Shown: positions 12,447 to 26,415, numbered from the stretch's first letter. The stretch: DNA of 64,000 nt from Marsupella aquatica (GCA_973895155.1 OZ316898.1:12301559-12365558), one strand, 5' to 3'. The notes: a model not told the origin generated them from the letters alone. Numbers and translations: made by a program.

Positions 12447-12927
12447 GAGATTGGCGACAAACTTACATTGGAAAAGCTGCTCAGCTACAAGCTGGTGAAT
12501 CCGTCCTGCATTCTCCGCGTTCCAAAGAGTAGTATATTTTGAGTTGTGTGGAAACTGCGCTCTCTTCCGGTCTCAAACGTTGAGGAAGCTTCATACTTCC
12601 AGACGAATATTGTACACAAACTACTGCCTGATCTTTCATACTCTGAATCCATTCAAGCTGTCCTCGAGATTCTCCTGTCGCTCTGGGATGAGATTGGCGA
12701 CACACTTAGCTTGGCTCAGCTACAAGCTAGTCAATCCGTCCTGCATTCTTCGCTTTCCAAAAACTTATATATTTCGATTTGGGTGGAAACTGCGCTCCCT
12801 TCCGGTTTCAAAATTTTGAAGAAGTCTGATTCTTCCAGACAAATATTTTACACCTATTACGCCTCATCTTTCATACTCTTAATCCATTCAAGCTGTCCTC
12901 GAGATTCTCCTGTCCGTTCTGGGATAC
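12447..12927. repeat. ~240-bp tandem duplication of the CHR24 terminal codons, stop and proximal 3' UTR
   Basis: Units ~12447-12689 and ~12690-12927 share GAGATTGGCGACA, TCAGCTACAAGCT, GTGGAAACTGCGCTC and TCATACTCT.AATCCATTCAAGCTGTCCTCGAGATTCTCCTGTC. Confidence 0.85.
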
Positions 12928-15900
12928 GGTTTTGAGATGTGAAACTTGCCCGCGAGGAGATTTGCGCGCTTCGTTTCCACCACGAGCAGAGTTGTAAATA
13001 TTGTTGCCACTTGAGCTGCGTACTCTGACCGTCGATTGTTGTTGCGCTGAAGCCGAAGATGCTAATGCTGCTGATGGTGGCGGGGAAGTTCGGCTGTCGT
13101 CTGTTCCTAGATCGAAAAATTGAGGTTGAGATCGATTGTTGTTGTTAGAGTGCAACGTCTTCGGTACGTCACTCAAGGACGATGGCATCCTCTTCTCATA
13201 GAGAGCTGCCTTGGCCTTAAATGTCTCCATCGCCTCGTTGTATTCCTTGATCTTCTTAATTATTTTGGCCCCACCGTCCATCAACTTTGGAAAAACTTCC
13301 TGCGCAATGTGACCCATCATTTGACGCTGTTATCTGTCTGCCCAGTAATCGACTCCAGGGTTCAGGAAAAAGACTAAACCCGACACCCTCAAACTTGTGC
13401 ATGAGGTTGTGCATGAGGGTACGAACTTCAACAAAAAACTTGTCTTGTAGCAGGGCATTAGATTGTGGTATCGAAAAGGCCCACAACGTGCCATTTCAGG
13501 GCGTGATCACTGCAGTCAATGGATCATTGCATCCGTACACAGATTCTTTTAGTTTCCAGGTTTACGACAAACGTGGAGAGAAACGCAAAATTGTTGAGGA
13601 GGATTGTTGAGGAGGATTTTTCAATGTTTTTCAGTTGTTTTCCATGCAATGACCGTTACGCGTACCTCGTTGTCCAAAGTCTCTGCGAGTCGTGCAATTT
13701 TATCTTTGTAATAAGCAACCCGAAGATATGCATATTTCTCCTCGTCGTATACATCTACGTCTTCTCGTGACGACGATCTCGGTCCAGCAGCATTCGCCAC
13801 GTCCCAGACGTACGCTTCTTCAACCTTGGAAGCAGGTTTGGATTGGCTCTGATTATAGAGAGAATTTCTACACAGGACCAGCACTGGAAACAGTCAATTT
13901 GGCTCCCTGTGGTGAGAACCGGACATTAAGCTCTCCGGAACAAAAGTTCATGGCAAGTTCCATAACTCACCAACATGGACCCTGCTTGAATTGTTGGTTC
14001 GCTTCTGTAATGGTAATGATCATCTTCAAACGCAACCATGTCTCTGTCTGATATGTAAGTAGGTTCCAACTATTTCGCCATTCCAGCGGACAAGTTTTGC
14101 TGCAAAAACAATAGCACTGTGCAAGTGATCAAGTACCTGGGTTCCCAAGACACTTGAGTGTCATCCTGATCATCCACAGGTGGAGGAAGTGGCGGTGCAG
14201 CTTTGGAATAGAGCAAGTCATGGTGACTCACACCAGCAATCATGCTCAGCCCCTCTAAGTATGTGATGTGCTCCTCTAATTCGCTGCTTCTGCAATACAA
14301 CCAACGTAGAAACAAAGGAATGAGAGCTGAAATTAGAAGCATTTTCCGTGATTTCTGACCTACAAGCCAGAAACTGCGACAACAGCGGCACAGGTTCTGA
14401 TGATCAGACAATCGCACAGGATTCATGCAATGAAAAAGTGGGGAAGACGTACGTTTGGTGCTCCCCAAAGTGTTCGTCAGCCAACTGTTTCTGAGTGGTT
14501 GATACAGAAAAGCCAGTTTCTGGCACACGGAACAAATCATGGAGATCCTGTAGTAACATTGATTGAGTTACAGCATGCAACTCTTATCAAACAAGTAGGT
14601 TCTCAATGCATAATCTATTTTCGAGTCAGAATGACTTCACCTGTCCTTACTTAGACTTCCGGAATTGATCTTCTCATATACTCGTCATTCTCTACAATCA
14701 CTATTCGATACAACCTGCTAGCAAAACACCTCGAAGCAATAATCATTGAAGATATCACAACAACGAGAGGAAAGCACAAATAGAACACCTGTTGGGAGAA
14801 ATATCTCATTTGATTCTTCGTCTCTGTAGCAATCTTCATCAAACCTCCCTTGAAGACCTGTATTAACGTACAGCACTTAGAAAGGGACTGAAAACAAAAT
14901 TGCATGTGAGATTCGCATGATAGCTTGGAAAGGGAAACTTGAACATGTTCTGCAGCACTGCACACCTGCTTTCGGTAGATTTTCTCCTCAATTGTACCGC
15001 AAGTCATAAGGCGGTACACTGCTACATCTTTCTTTTGCCCGATTCGATATGCTCTGTCAACGCTCTGGTTGTCCATACTGTGTCCACCGGTGCCATTGCA
15101 AAATGGAATTAGGTGGCGTTGCTAAGTAAGCGTCTGATTTGATTAGGACTAAGGGACACCAGCACAATACGGCGACAAGGCTACACACCATTATAACTTT
15201 GGGTTACAAACTATAAAACCAGTAGAATATCATCCATATACCCAGGAACATCTGGCGAACGGGCATACCTTGGGTTCCAAGCAGGGTCTATGATGACCAC
15301 GCGGTCAGCTGCTGTGAGCGTGAGCCCCAAGCCCCCAACCTGTGATGTCAATAGAAAGAAAGGAATGTCCGGATTCGATTGAAAATCCTGATTTAAAGAA
15401 GACGGAGATAAGCTTGTCAATCTTCAGTGCGAGTGTCTAAACCAGATGCTCATCCACATTTCAATCTCTTGATCCAGTCCACTAGCAAAATGCTCGAAGA
15501 GAAAACACTGAAACCAGCATTAGCAGGACATCGTTACTAAAAACCGGTCTAAGAGACACTAGCACCAAAGTAATTTAAGCCTCGTCTTCTAGATTGTTTA
15601 AGTCACATGTTTAGAGGATATTGTGGCAGACTCTCATTCTCCACGTATACTGCAAATCCACTCACAGTGGTTTCCTGAATACAGGGCTTGGAAGGAGTAT
15701 TTAATGAAGTCTGTCCCTAAATCAAAGCCATGATATGAAAGTATGCAACAGCCTGCACACTGACCGTCGATCCCAATGTTCAATTCCGCAAGGAAGGTTG
15801 CAGCTTACTTACTTCGACAGCCAGCTCTCTCTCGGATGATTTATAGGTCCCATCAATGCGACAATAATCCCACTTTCTTCTTTCAAGTTCTCCCTGTAGT

Positions 15901-18900
15901 CAGCCAACAGATTATTCTTGTTAAGATGATCAAACTTCTCTCCTCAGAATATACTCACGAGCATAAGCCCTCTAAATATTGTCAAGCAAATTGTGTAGCC
16001 CTTCATTGTCATTTTCCATTTTCATTGGATCAGCTCTTTGAACCCAGGTGGAGATCCCAAATAATCATCACGTTCTACAATTGTGGACCTCATTGGACAT
16101 TAGGACTAGTGTACTCCTTCCTTTCTGCTGCCTAGCATCCCACTCCATTCAAGGATAATACATATCGTTTGAGAATAAACAAACCTGAATTATATCGAGC
16201 ATCTTCCTAGTCTGTGAGAAAATAAGCGTTCGATGTCCTTCTTCGAAAAGCTTTTCCTGCAACAAAGGGCCCACCAGGTACGATCAGGATCAATACCGAA
16301 GTAAATCTTCCCGCTACAGAAAATCAAAATGCTGGTCTCTGTGATTTATTTGTATCGTGAAAGACTATGTACCTTCCCTAAAAAAAAGTGAGATGAGCAA
16401 AGACAAAATTAGGACACTTACAGGCAATATATTACCATCACAGAACAGAACAAGTTTAAACGGTTTTCAATTCCTTGACAGATTTGGTACGGGGTGGGAC
16501 TTTCATAGAATAATAACCCTCTGCCATATTATCTCATACTGGATCCATACAGTGGGAAAATTACTACATGCCAACAAATCAGACATAGAAGCACTTATCA
16601 ATCCCATTGGTGCAAAAACCGACACGTTCACTAATATTACGTAAAGAATCTTCGCTAAGGTTCATATATACTTGTTCATCAATCAACCTTCAAGCTCAAT
16701 ACGAGTATTTCTTCGCACTGGTACATCGAAAACTGAACATGAAAACCAGTAGTTGGAAAAATGGACTGCATCGGAGGAAGAGAGGGCTCTGAAAACTGAC
16801 CAGCAGAATCAGGAGAAAGACTATCTTGCACGAGGCAGAGCCACTGTTGTTTTCAGAGTGTGCCTCGTCACCGACTAATCCGGCAAGAGAAGCTGTCATT
16901 CTCTCTGCTTCTATTCTGTCTTCATTGCCCATCATACCCTCCATCCCTTCAGCTATGTCCTCCGCTGCTCTTTTGGTAAGCAGTGACGGATGGTCACATA
17001 TCTTTTTCAGGACCTGTCATGGAACCAAAAACTTTCATTGAGAGCTTCTTGACGGATCACGAAGCGGAGATGGCACCCACAGCCGGTAAACATACAGATC
17101 ACAATGGCAATTGCACAACGCCCACACGACATATATACCTCAGAGCGGGTAACAGTATGCTCTACAGCGAAGGGAGAGCAGTAATATAAGATTGACAATA
17201 CTTCGTTGTTGAACAGATCACTTTCGTGTGCAGATAAATAGGATGCATTCACTTGCAGGGAAATTAATGAGCTATAGAAAAATACTCACCGACAAGGCCG
17301 TCAATGCTCTGGAGGATTCGAGAGCATTGGAAACAGCTTCACTTTCTAAGAAAGCCCTGTACAATTGTTCCTGTGTGACATACAAAACATCCCTTACTTT
17401 CTTAGATGCAAATTAATTTTGAATTGAATTAGTCATACCGGACAAGTACCTAGACAATTGGTGAAGAGGCCGAAATAAAGGTAATTCTTGCAGGGATAGG
17501 CGTTATGTATGTAAAGTCATATGACAAATAACCAGAGGCAGACAACTGAAAGAACAACCTCGATACATACCTGGCGAGAGGTTAGTTTCAGCCACACTAT
17601 AAAATCATTTTTTCGTGACAGTTTTGGCGCATCGGCGCTCTCTGCCTCCTCCGGAAAGACTTCTGACTTCATACGCCGTAAAAAGAAAGGTGCCATTTTC
17701 TGCCTCAACTCCTGGTCCCAGATAGAAATCACCAGAATGATGAGCAAGGCATAATCATCTATGGAGCTGAAATTCATTCACATCCAAGAACAAAATTCAC
17801 AATTTAATGTTATGGCATATCCGAGGCTGAGTCAGAAACTAGCAACGGAAAGACAAAAAGTAGGACTGAGAACAGAACCTGTGCAACGGCGGCGCCTAGT
17901 CTCTTCATTCGATCGGAGGCATGTTTATCGTTACCGGAAACAATCTGGCTTTCGTACTTATTCTTGAATCTACAACGGTGAGTCAAATTCAACATAGTTA
18001 TGGGCGTTCGAGGCAAACAAGCCATTGAGAACAAATGCAAAAACTGCAGAATGAAGTTGAAAGGTTCTAAATTGCCTATTTGAATTGACTTGAAATCAGA
18101 ACTACTTACTCTTTCTTATCCCCCAATAGACCAGGACAACAAAAATCCATTAGCGCCCACATTTCCTGCCGTACACAAAATCAGCTCCACTTAATAGTCG
18201 TACCCGCCAATACATCCTCCTGCTGATTCACGTAATAGGACTCTAAAAAAAAATGCAAAAGAACATCAACAACAAAAATGAGTGGGGCCAACTACATCAT
18301 ATTAAGGGAGTTTCAAACTCAAAGGATCTTAAAACGAAATTGAACTAAATACCTTCAGATTGTTCTGAATCGGAGTACCGCTGATAATGATCCGATGAGC
18401 ACTGGGTAGCTCCCGCAAGCTCTTCGCTCTCTCGGTGGAAGGGTTTTTGATGAGATGACCCTGCGGCATATACCTGGGTCTAGTCAATAAGGTTGCATGA
18501 CTGGGACGTAGCAAAGAGAAATACAAATAGATTCTAGAACAAGAATTTCACTGAAACACCAGCACTAAGGCTCAAGCTACGAGGGAACTTGGCAAAAGCT
18601 GCAGTCTCTATTACTTCATAAATCTGTCACCATCCTTCACGTCTCGTCTTTCTCAAGATCGAAACAAGAAATGAATGAGTTCCGATTACCTCGTCCAGCA
18701 CGAGGTAGTTCCATGTCGTAATATCTTCACCGTTATCACCATAACCATCTCTCCCATGTTTGTCTCCTCTCAACACTTGCCAGTTACAGCGCACCATGTC
18801 GTAAGTTGTGAGTAGGACCCCACCCGCCTAGTCGTTTAGATTGGCATAAATATCATTCCGTGGTTCAGGAAGAGAGTTTCAACATCATTGAAACGTTCTA

Positions 18901-20607
18901 ATGCAAGCTAGAAGAGCAATTGCAAAATTAAAAAATAAGTGCAGCTGCAGTTAGACCTCACATTCCGGAGAATTTTATTATCGAAGATAAACACCTCAAT
19001 TAGCACCTCCAGGATCGCCACTGTAACTTGGCTGAAACCGTCAAACTAGTGTTCAGGATTTGGAATGTACAAAGACACTGTGGTGCACCATTGAGGAGAA
19101 ATACAGTGTTCAAACACAAGAGACAACGATTTGGTCAAGCTCGCTAAACATTGGGACCATTTTCCTACAGATAAATTGTGAAGGGACTGAAACTGAGTGA
19201 CCAACACACCTGCAGAACTTTGACGAGAGCCTGCTCACGGGCCCTAGAAGACGCATCTATAAAGCTGCATCACAAAGTCCAAATTATACATTAGATCGTA
19301 AACCCGTAGATCTAGTCCGGTGGAGCCATATGAATTTGCTCCGAGGGGAGACGCAACCTAACCCGAGAGACTTTGCCCTGGATTGCTTTTATGCTTTTAT
19401 GCCGTCCAGGGTTTAGCAAGCACATATGGAGGAGCGAAAGGCCAGAATCCGAACTACGTCAGTGTACGAAACGGTGAGCTACCTGTAAGTTTTCCGGGAC
19501 AACCCCACGTTGGCTAGCTCTTTTATCCAGTGAGAAATGAGAGTCTTCGGAGCGACAACCATGGCGGTCTTGATGAGCTTCGATTTAAAAAGACCAGCAA
19601 AGAAGGCCGCAATCTGTTTATTCAAACCAGCATACAACCGTAGGGTAAGTCTCTCACACGATCCAGTCACTGGTCGGACGAGCTTCAGTACGGATCCCCA
19701 AGAACCAAACCTTCATTTCCCTACGCACAACTGTGACATGAACAAAGCACTGGAGCCAAAATAGATATCAATGGATCCCGTCCTGCCACATCCAATACTC
19801 GTCCGATTTGCATACCTGCATTGTCTTCCCCAGGCCCATGTCATCACCGAGGATGCCACCCATTTTCTTCAAGTGCAAACCCCACAGCCAACGAATTCCT
19901 GAATGCTGATGCTTGTAGAGCCTTTGAGCAATGTCGGAAGAGAGGATGTACTTCTTAGTTCCTTCTATAAGAACCAAGTCACCCTCCAATCCCTCCTTCA
20001 GACATTCATCATTCCTATCTTTCTCGCTGTCACCTTTCTTTGGGGCAATTATTCGATATAAGGAATTGTCTGCTGTATTGACCGGGAGCTTCGCCTTCTG
20101 CCTGGGGGGCACCACGGGTTGAAAGACATCTTCCTCGTCAGATGACAGCTCAACCGGTTCTTGCGCTTGACGATCCTGAAATCTTCGATAACCATTGTCA
20201 TTCCTAGATTCCTGAATGACAGGTTTTCTCACGGCAGCAGCAGAAGTTTGTGCTGAAGGGGGATTAGACTTCGAGCTGCTATCTGACGACCTTGAGCTGC
20301 CTCCCAGAGAGAGACCCCCGAGGGAATCAAGAACGCTACTCAAAGGATCATCATTTCGCTCGACCGTAGGCCCGACGCTTGAAAGACGCTGGGATTGTGC
20401 GACTACTCGTTTGCCTTCAGGTGTGTAAAACTCTTCCCTTTCAGAGCCACTTTCATCCGAATCCGGCAGTGGAGCTGCATGTGCAATTTCAATGGTCGAC
20501 AGATTCTTCTTTCCTGCCCTCTTTGCGGCTATTCTGGCAAGGAGAGCTGCTTTTGTGTGACTGGTAGGAGATGATGCTCCACGACGATCCCGACGCTCCC
20601 GGTCCAT
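12871..20607 (-). CDS. CHR24: SNF2-family chromatin remodelling ATPase, CHR24 / ERCC6L(PICH)-like, ~18-19 exons
   Basis: Helicase motifs occur in order across GT-AG exons: [13 protein letters not shown]...[15 protein letters not shown] (20607-19817), [30 protein letters not shown] (~18830-18690), GHLIKN...[115 protein letters not shown]...[11 protein letters not shown]. The last exon 13299-12871 contains [12 protein letters not shown] is at 20607 (the ORF track starts at an upstream GTG). Confidence 0.92.
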
Positions 20608-21948
20608 CACTAAGACTCTGAAGCAATGACAGCAACTGAATAAACAACAGCAGCACAGCCAAAAAGTGACCAGGAATGCCTGAAGCGAGTCAACCGGACC
20701 ATGCTCACGAACGAATTACCCAGATGAAGCAACTTAAAGCCCACTGCAAGACGCCACTTTGCAAAAGGTGTGAATAAACAATGCTTGCGCTAGTTAAATA
20801 AGAAACGCAGCCACGAAAAATGAATCGAAACATGACAAGGACTTCTTCATACGGTTAGATTGTCGCTTCCCCACCTGATAGACTCATTCCCCTCTCAGAT
20901 TCTCCAAGCAGACAAATACGTGAAGCCCTAATAAGTCTCTGCTGCTGCTCTGATTACACAATCTTCCCACATTGACAATTCAACAAAGAGCCATTGGCAC
21001 CTATCTGACAGACCACGGCATGAGATGCCAGATTGTTTCCGGTAACGATAGACATGCGATTGATTCACGTACTAGGAACACCTAGCAACCACAGTCTTAG
21101 CCAGTTCACTTCGAAACCCTCAGAAGAGGTAAACGCTCCTCACCTTTCACTATGGGTAACGAAATTGAAGGTCTCGCATCAAACTGTAGGCAGGGATCAG
21201 CTCAATTCTCTGCAACCAATCAGCTGAGCATTAAGCATGACAAATTGCAGCCACACATCGAGCACACCGGGAAAAATCTACCCTAATCTACACTCAAAAT
21301 AGAGGCAGCTTACCATCTCATACACAACAATAAATCGTCAACAATGACTTCTCAAAATCAACTAGACCAGAAACTCACAGCTCTTCTCGAAATTCCAAGC
21401 TCGCATCAATACGGAGGTCGTCGGCTACTGATCCGGTTGCTCGGGGAACCGAAAAGAGGTTTGAAGTGATTGGAAGAATCGGGCGAATTGGAAAAATTGT
21501 GCCAGCTGAGCGGAAATTCTGCCGCTTTGTCACGAGCCGGATCACTCCTCACCAATTTGAACACAATGTGAAGGATGGAACATGACAACCAACAGCATCA
21601 CCACTAATGTGCTCCACATAACGGAGTATTATACTACTCTAACAACTGTGCTTCGCGATCGCACAGCGCACCGAATGTACAATTGACACAGAGGATTCGA
21701 GCGTAGAGGAGATCCGTTGTGGCGGGGGGAAATGATGAGTTTGAATTTTGAAGCTCCGAGAAAGGACCTTATGGGGTAGGTCTAGTAGGGTTTCATGGAG
21801 AGAGCAAAGTTCCTTGGAATAACATCCTCAACTTCTCATCATTGATGGTAAACTTGATGGTACACTAGAGCCTGTCAAATTATCCTTATAAGCAAAGTCT
21901 TATGTGCTCAAACGTTTTAGAGATAACATTCTTATGGGGTTTGTATTT

Positions 21949-22106
21949 GAGTTATTTGTTTGATGGGACCCCAAAATGAAAAGTTTTACTTGATAGGACC
22001 CTGAAGTTTTAGGTGCGTTGATTCAAGGTCAATCAATGGTCCAGATCACTCAGGGGTCCTATCAAGTCAAACTTTTCATATTGGGGTCCCATCAAACAAA
22101 TGCCCC
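21949..22106. mobile_element. Mutator-like MITE, 158 bp, long TIRs
   Basis: The left arm ATTTGTTTGATGGGACCCCAAAATGAAAAGTTTTACTTGATAGGACCC is the near-perfect reverse complement of the right arm GGGTCCTATCAAGTCAAACTTTTCATATTGGGGTCCCATCAAACAAAT. The flanks GGTTTGTATTT (21938-21948) and GGCTTGTATTT (22107-22117) form an 11-bp TSD-like repeat with 10/11 identity. Confidence 0.8.
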
Positions 22107-22696
22107 GGCTTGTATTTAGTAGCTCATAATTCCTTATTTTTCTACTCATAAAATTGTTTTATGACCTTGGCTGTATGTCCTTGGCTCTCCGTTCACTTCC
22201 TCTGGCACTCCCCCAAGGAAATGAGATGATGCAACATGAAGGGCCTCTAACAAAGTGGTAAAACATTACTATGTATAGGATAATGACGGTTTGGATACAC
22301 TCAGGGTCACTAGGCCGTAATCTTGTGACCAGAAGGTGAAGAAAGTTGACCGGTTATAGTGGAAAATATTCTTTGAAGAATTTGGAAACACAGGGTTAAG
22401 TCTGGAACCTCTACTAAGACCGTCCTCATAACACATAAATACAGTCCAGACAAAATATAACAAGCAAGACTTTATGTGCATGAGATTATGGATATAGCAG
22501 GGGCCTCCATGAATCATTACACAAAGGTACCATTTGTTCCATACCAAATTTACATACACAAGAGGGTCTTAGATACAATTCCTAGCGCCCATCTTGTTGA
22601 AATTCCAACATAGTATGAGAGATTGAGAATCTCTCTTGAAACAGTTGTGGCTCAAAGGAGGGGGTTATAAATGAACCCCACTCAAACCAGAGTGAA

Positions 22697-22768
22697 GGGC
22701 CTATAGGTCAATGGTAGACAATGACAATGTACATGGGAGTGTACTAGGTTCAATTCCTTGTGGGTCCA
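22697..22768 (+). pseudogene. Degenerate tRNA pseudogene or tRNA-derived SINE head
   Basis: 72 nt. 7-bp acceptor stem GGGCCTA/TGGGTCC plus discriminator A, A-box-like TAGGTCAATGG, and T-arm CTAGG-TTCAATT-CCTTG. The anticodon arm does not pair, so this is not a functional tRNA. Confidence 0.55.
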
Positions 22769-23429
22769 TGTTGTTTAGAGTTCCAACACTCCCTACATCA
22801 CTTCATGCAAAGGAGGATGAGACAGAGCAAGTGTGTTGCTCCTACCTTAGGGCAATGTTCCAGTTGCCCTTAAACAGGTAATTAGCCCTTTAATGTGAAA
22901 GAATCTTGGGCATAATCATACTCTTTTTGTTGTTTCTAATCACAAATGGATGGGCAAGAGACAGCCTTCCACTATGCTTTTCATGCCCACAACTCCTTTA
23001 ACATTGTTGGAACACTGCCCTGACGAGACCAGTAGGCTATGGTTTCATGGAACAGGCACAGTTCATTGGAATAACCACTACAATACATTCCTTGGAATTA
23101 TGACTAGATTGATTTCTTCGCTTGAATGTGGAGGATCAAGAGACAGCCCAAAGAGTCTCAATTCATAGCAACCAAAGAGACTTAACTTATAACAAGCAGT
23201 ATATAAAAAAGGCACCCCTCACCCATAATATTTTGGGGTTGCAAAATCAGAACTACAACAGGTGGTAAGTGCAGCTACCCACAAAGTAGTCATCATGTTC
23301 ATCATGACACTAGCCCAAATACCTAGCCCTAATGCTGTACTTATGCACAGGAAAGCCTCTCTCCCCATGCCCATCTTACTCACAAACAGAGTCTGAATAT
23401 CAAAAAGTTGGGTGCAGTATTATCTGTGG

Positions 23430-23800
23430 AGCAAACAACATTTTCTCCTCTACCACATCATTTGAATAAAGAGATCTTTTTGGCAACAATATCTTTAGGG
23501 CAAACAACATCTTTCACTCCACAACATCTTTAGTTCAATGGAGTCTTTTGCATAAAGGCTATCTTTTACACAGTGAAATCATTTACACAACGACATCTTT
23601 TGTGTAATGTTCTCATACATCAACATTTTTTGCGCAATGTCATCTTTTACTTCACAATATTTTTGTGCAATGACCTATTCATAATACATTGAATTATTTG
23701 AATAGTTTTTAGACTAATCCTACTTAGAAAGGTTGGTTTTACTTAGTGACATCTTTGCATAACAATATTTTCTAAATGACATCTTTTGCATGATGATATA
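23430..23800 (+). repeat. Decayed remnant of the Helitron-associated ACAACATCTTTT minisatellite
   Basis: Repeated ACAACATCTTT / GACATCTTTT units and TTTTGTGCAATG, in the same orientation as the array at 28390-29590. Confidence 0.6.
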
Positions 23801-23841
23801 TATTCCAGAAATTCATGTTTTATGCGTTTTATGCAAAGAAA

Positions 23842-26415
23842 TCTTCTTCTTCTTCTTCTTCTTCTTCTTTGCCTCAAAAAAACCCAATTAAAATTCATCC
23901 AAAAAGCCAGCATACAAAAAGGGTGGCCCACAAGAGGGGGTCAGCACCCGAGGGGGCCAAACCCAGGGCCAAAAATGAAGGATCCGACACCAGGAGAGAA
24001 GCATGCCTCAAAGAAAGGAAGCCAAACCAGCAAGTTAAACATTACAAAAGGATCAGCTAACCCCAAAACAAATCGGCCAGTGAACAGGTGCCGGTAGGGC
24101 ACCTAGCTAATGAATCTGCAATATTTATAAAGAATTATCAGTCTAGCTTGCACTACTGCTCTACTCCCGCAATACTACTTCTACTCCTGCAAAGATATCA
24201 CATTTATGGTGGTGTGGGTGGGACAAGTGGGACCTGTAAAATGTCTACATGAATTTCCCATGGATCATGATCCATAGTTGATGGTCATGTCATTGATGAC
24301 ATTCTCATATGTGGACTTGCCAGCCTTAATTTTGTACTGATATCTGGCCCCGTCCCTCTGTAGGTAAATTGCCAATCTATGTCAGGACTTCCGTATGACA
24401 ACTTGGCCACATGCATGATCTGGTGTGTTCAATGAAATGTGAGCTCCTGTCCTTCCAGATATGCCAGCAGGCAATAGCCCTCAATGTGTGCCACAATTTC
24501 ACAAGTGTGTCCCAAGCATCGGGTAAAGGTGGCCCCACTAAGATGTGAGTTGGATGGAGGACAATGGTGTTACTTCATGTGGTCCATGTGCTCTGCAAGA
24601 TGAATCCACCCACCCAGACCAAAGATGAAATTGAATAGCTCCACATTCAGTGTATGAGGCCCTCCTGTTGGTGACGATCATAACGTGAGCACCGTGATGG
24701 CGTCACTTGGCGGCAAAATTGGAAGTCTCCAATGTTGAGTAGCTAGGATCCAATAAACAAGTTGCCATAGGAAGCAATTCTTTGAGGCTGCCCGGAATGT
24801 GAGCCAAGTGTTAGTCCACCGGACCCAAAGGTCCAGCCTCCAATTGAGTTGGGTAACGCCATTTTTGCACCGCATTATGCACTGTTATCCTGAAAGGACC
24901 CTGGGTTTCTCTAAGGTGTGCTATGTTGGTTTCCATCAGAGGAAACCCATCCTTCCATTTGTGTTGAATGAGGATAGCCTGGTGGTCTGCCAATGCGCAA
25001 AGAGTGAGCGGTGTAGCACGATGGGCCCAGATGATAACTTTGTGCAGCATGGTATTTGGAGGAGGAGCATAGGTATCCATCTCTTGCAGCAGGCCGTTGA
25101 AAACCTTGAAGGCCCTCTTGAAGGTTCTTATTGAGTTGGTTGAGTTATGGAATAATTGTCAAGTAGAATTGATATGATTACTCTATATTTTGTATTCCCA
25201 AATACATAGAGTGTGATTCGGTAGCCTTGCTTCCATAAAGACTAGAATTCATTGTCTCAAATGAGAGTGACAAAAGCTCCGATACCCCAATAAGATTTCT
25301 GATTAGTCTTCCATAAGCCAAGGCACAATTTCCAGGCAGCAAACAATGCGGGCCTTCATCCAACTAATAAACTCTCTGTTACTCTTGAGAACATCCTTCA
25401 TGTGTCGAACACCCATTCGCCTGATTCTCCTGTGGGGATTCCGACGGGGATTCCGGGAGCACTTAGCCAGCCTGTGGTCAATATGGTTGAGGTGCGATCT
25501 CCAGGAAGCTCTAGCCATCCTTCCATGTGGGCCGGAGCAATGGGTCTCAAATTCTTCTTAAGCACATTCCATCCATTACAAATGTTAACCCAAACCTAGG
25601 ATCCATCTCTAGGGAGGGTGTGTCATTGTGAGTGACCCAAGAGAAGTCCCCTACTCCCCACTTCTGTAAAGAGAAAATCTTGATTGTTTAGTGTGATCAT
25701 CTTTGGCAAGGGCCTAGAGACTAAAGCTTCGTGTGAGAGCCCTGCATTGTGCCAAGAGTGAGATCAGCCTTAGACCCCCAAATCTCCTGGGTCAAGGGAT
25801 CATGGCAAAATTGACCTTAGGCCTCACTTTCTCGTTCTGTCCAGCCCAAATGCAGGTTGTGGTCTTATTCTGCATTGCGTCTAGGGTGCAGTGTTGCCCG
25901 GCCCAAACCGTCAGCAAAAACCAAAGAGTGTTCATAACCAGGTGGTTGACCACTGTGACCAGGGCAACAAGAGATCCAAAGGCTTTCCTAATCCTACACA
26001 ATTGAGATTCCAACTTCTTTGTGAGTGTACTGACCATTTGTTGCTCAAAGATGCCATCTGCAAAGGGGACGCCATGGAGTTTGGTAGCCGTCGTCGCATC
26101 CTCCCAAATCTAGGGTAAACTTTGAAATTTGATGGGAAGCTATCGAGGGGAGATGAATGTTGCTTTGGATTTTTCCCAAATATAGAATAATTTGGATGGC
26201 ATACCAAATAGATCTAGGAGCCGGTTGCTGTTGTTGACAAACTCCATCACAGCTTGGATCAGCAAACATATTGTGGATGCAATGAACATCCACTGAGGCA
26301 AATTGCACTCCTTGGAGGGTGCATTGCCTGGCTTCCCAAAGAATCATTCGGCTAAGAGCATCCATCGCAATCACAAAAAGCAATGGAGATAGAGGGCACC
26401 CTTGCCTCACAGATC
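23842..26415 (-). mobile_element. 5'-truncated, degenerate L1-type LINE (ORF2 remnant) with (AAG)n tail
   Basis: The - strand gives RSVRQGCPLSPLLFVIAMDALS and HNMFAD (RT motifs), a downstream LGGL segment, and a zf-RVT-like KNCFLWQLVYWILAT, all broken by stops and frameshifts. (TCT)9 at 23842-23868 marks the 3' tail. No TSD was found. Confidence 0.8.
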
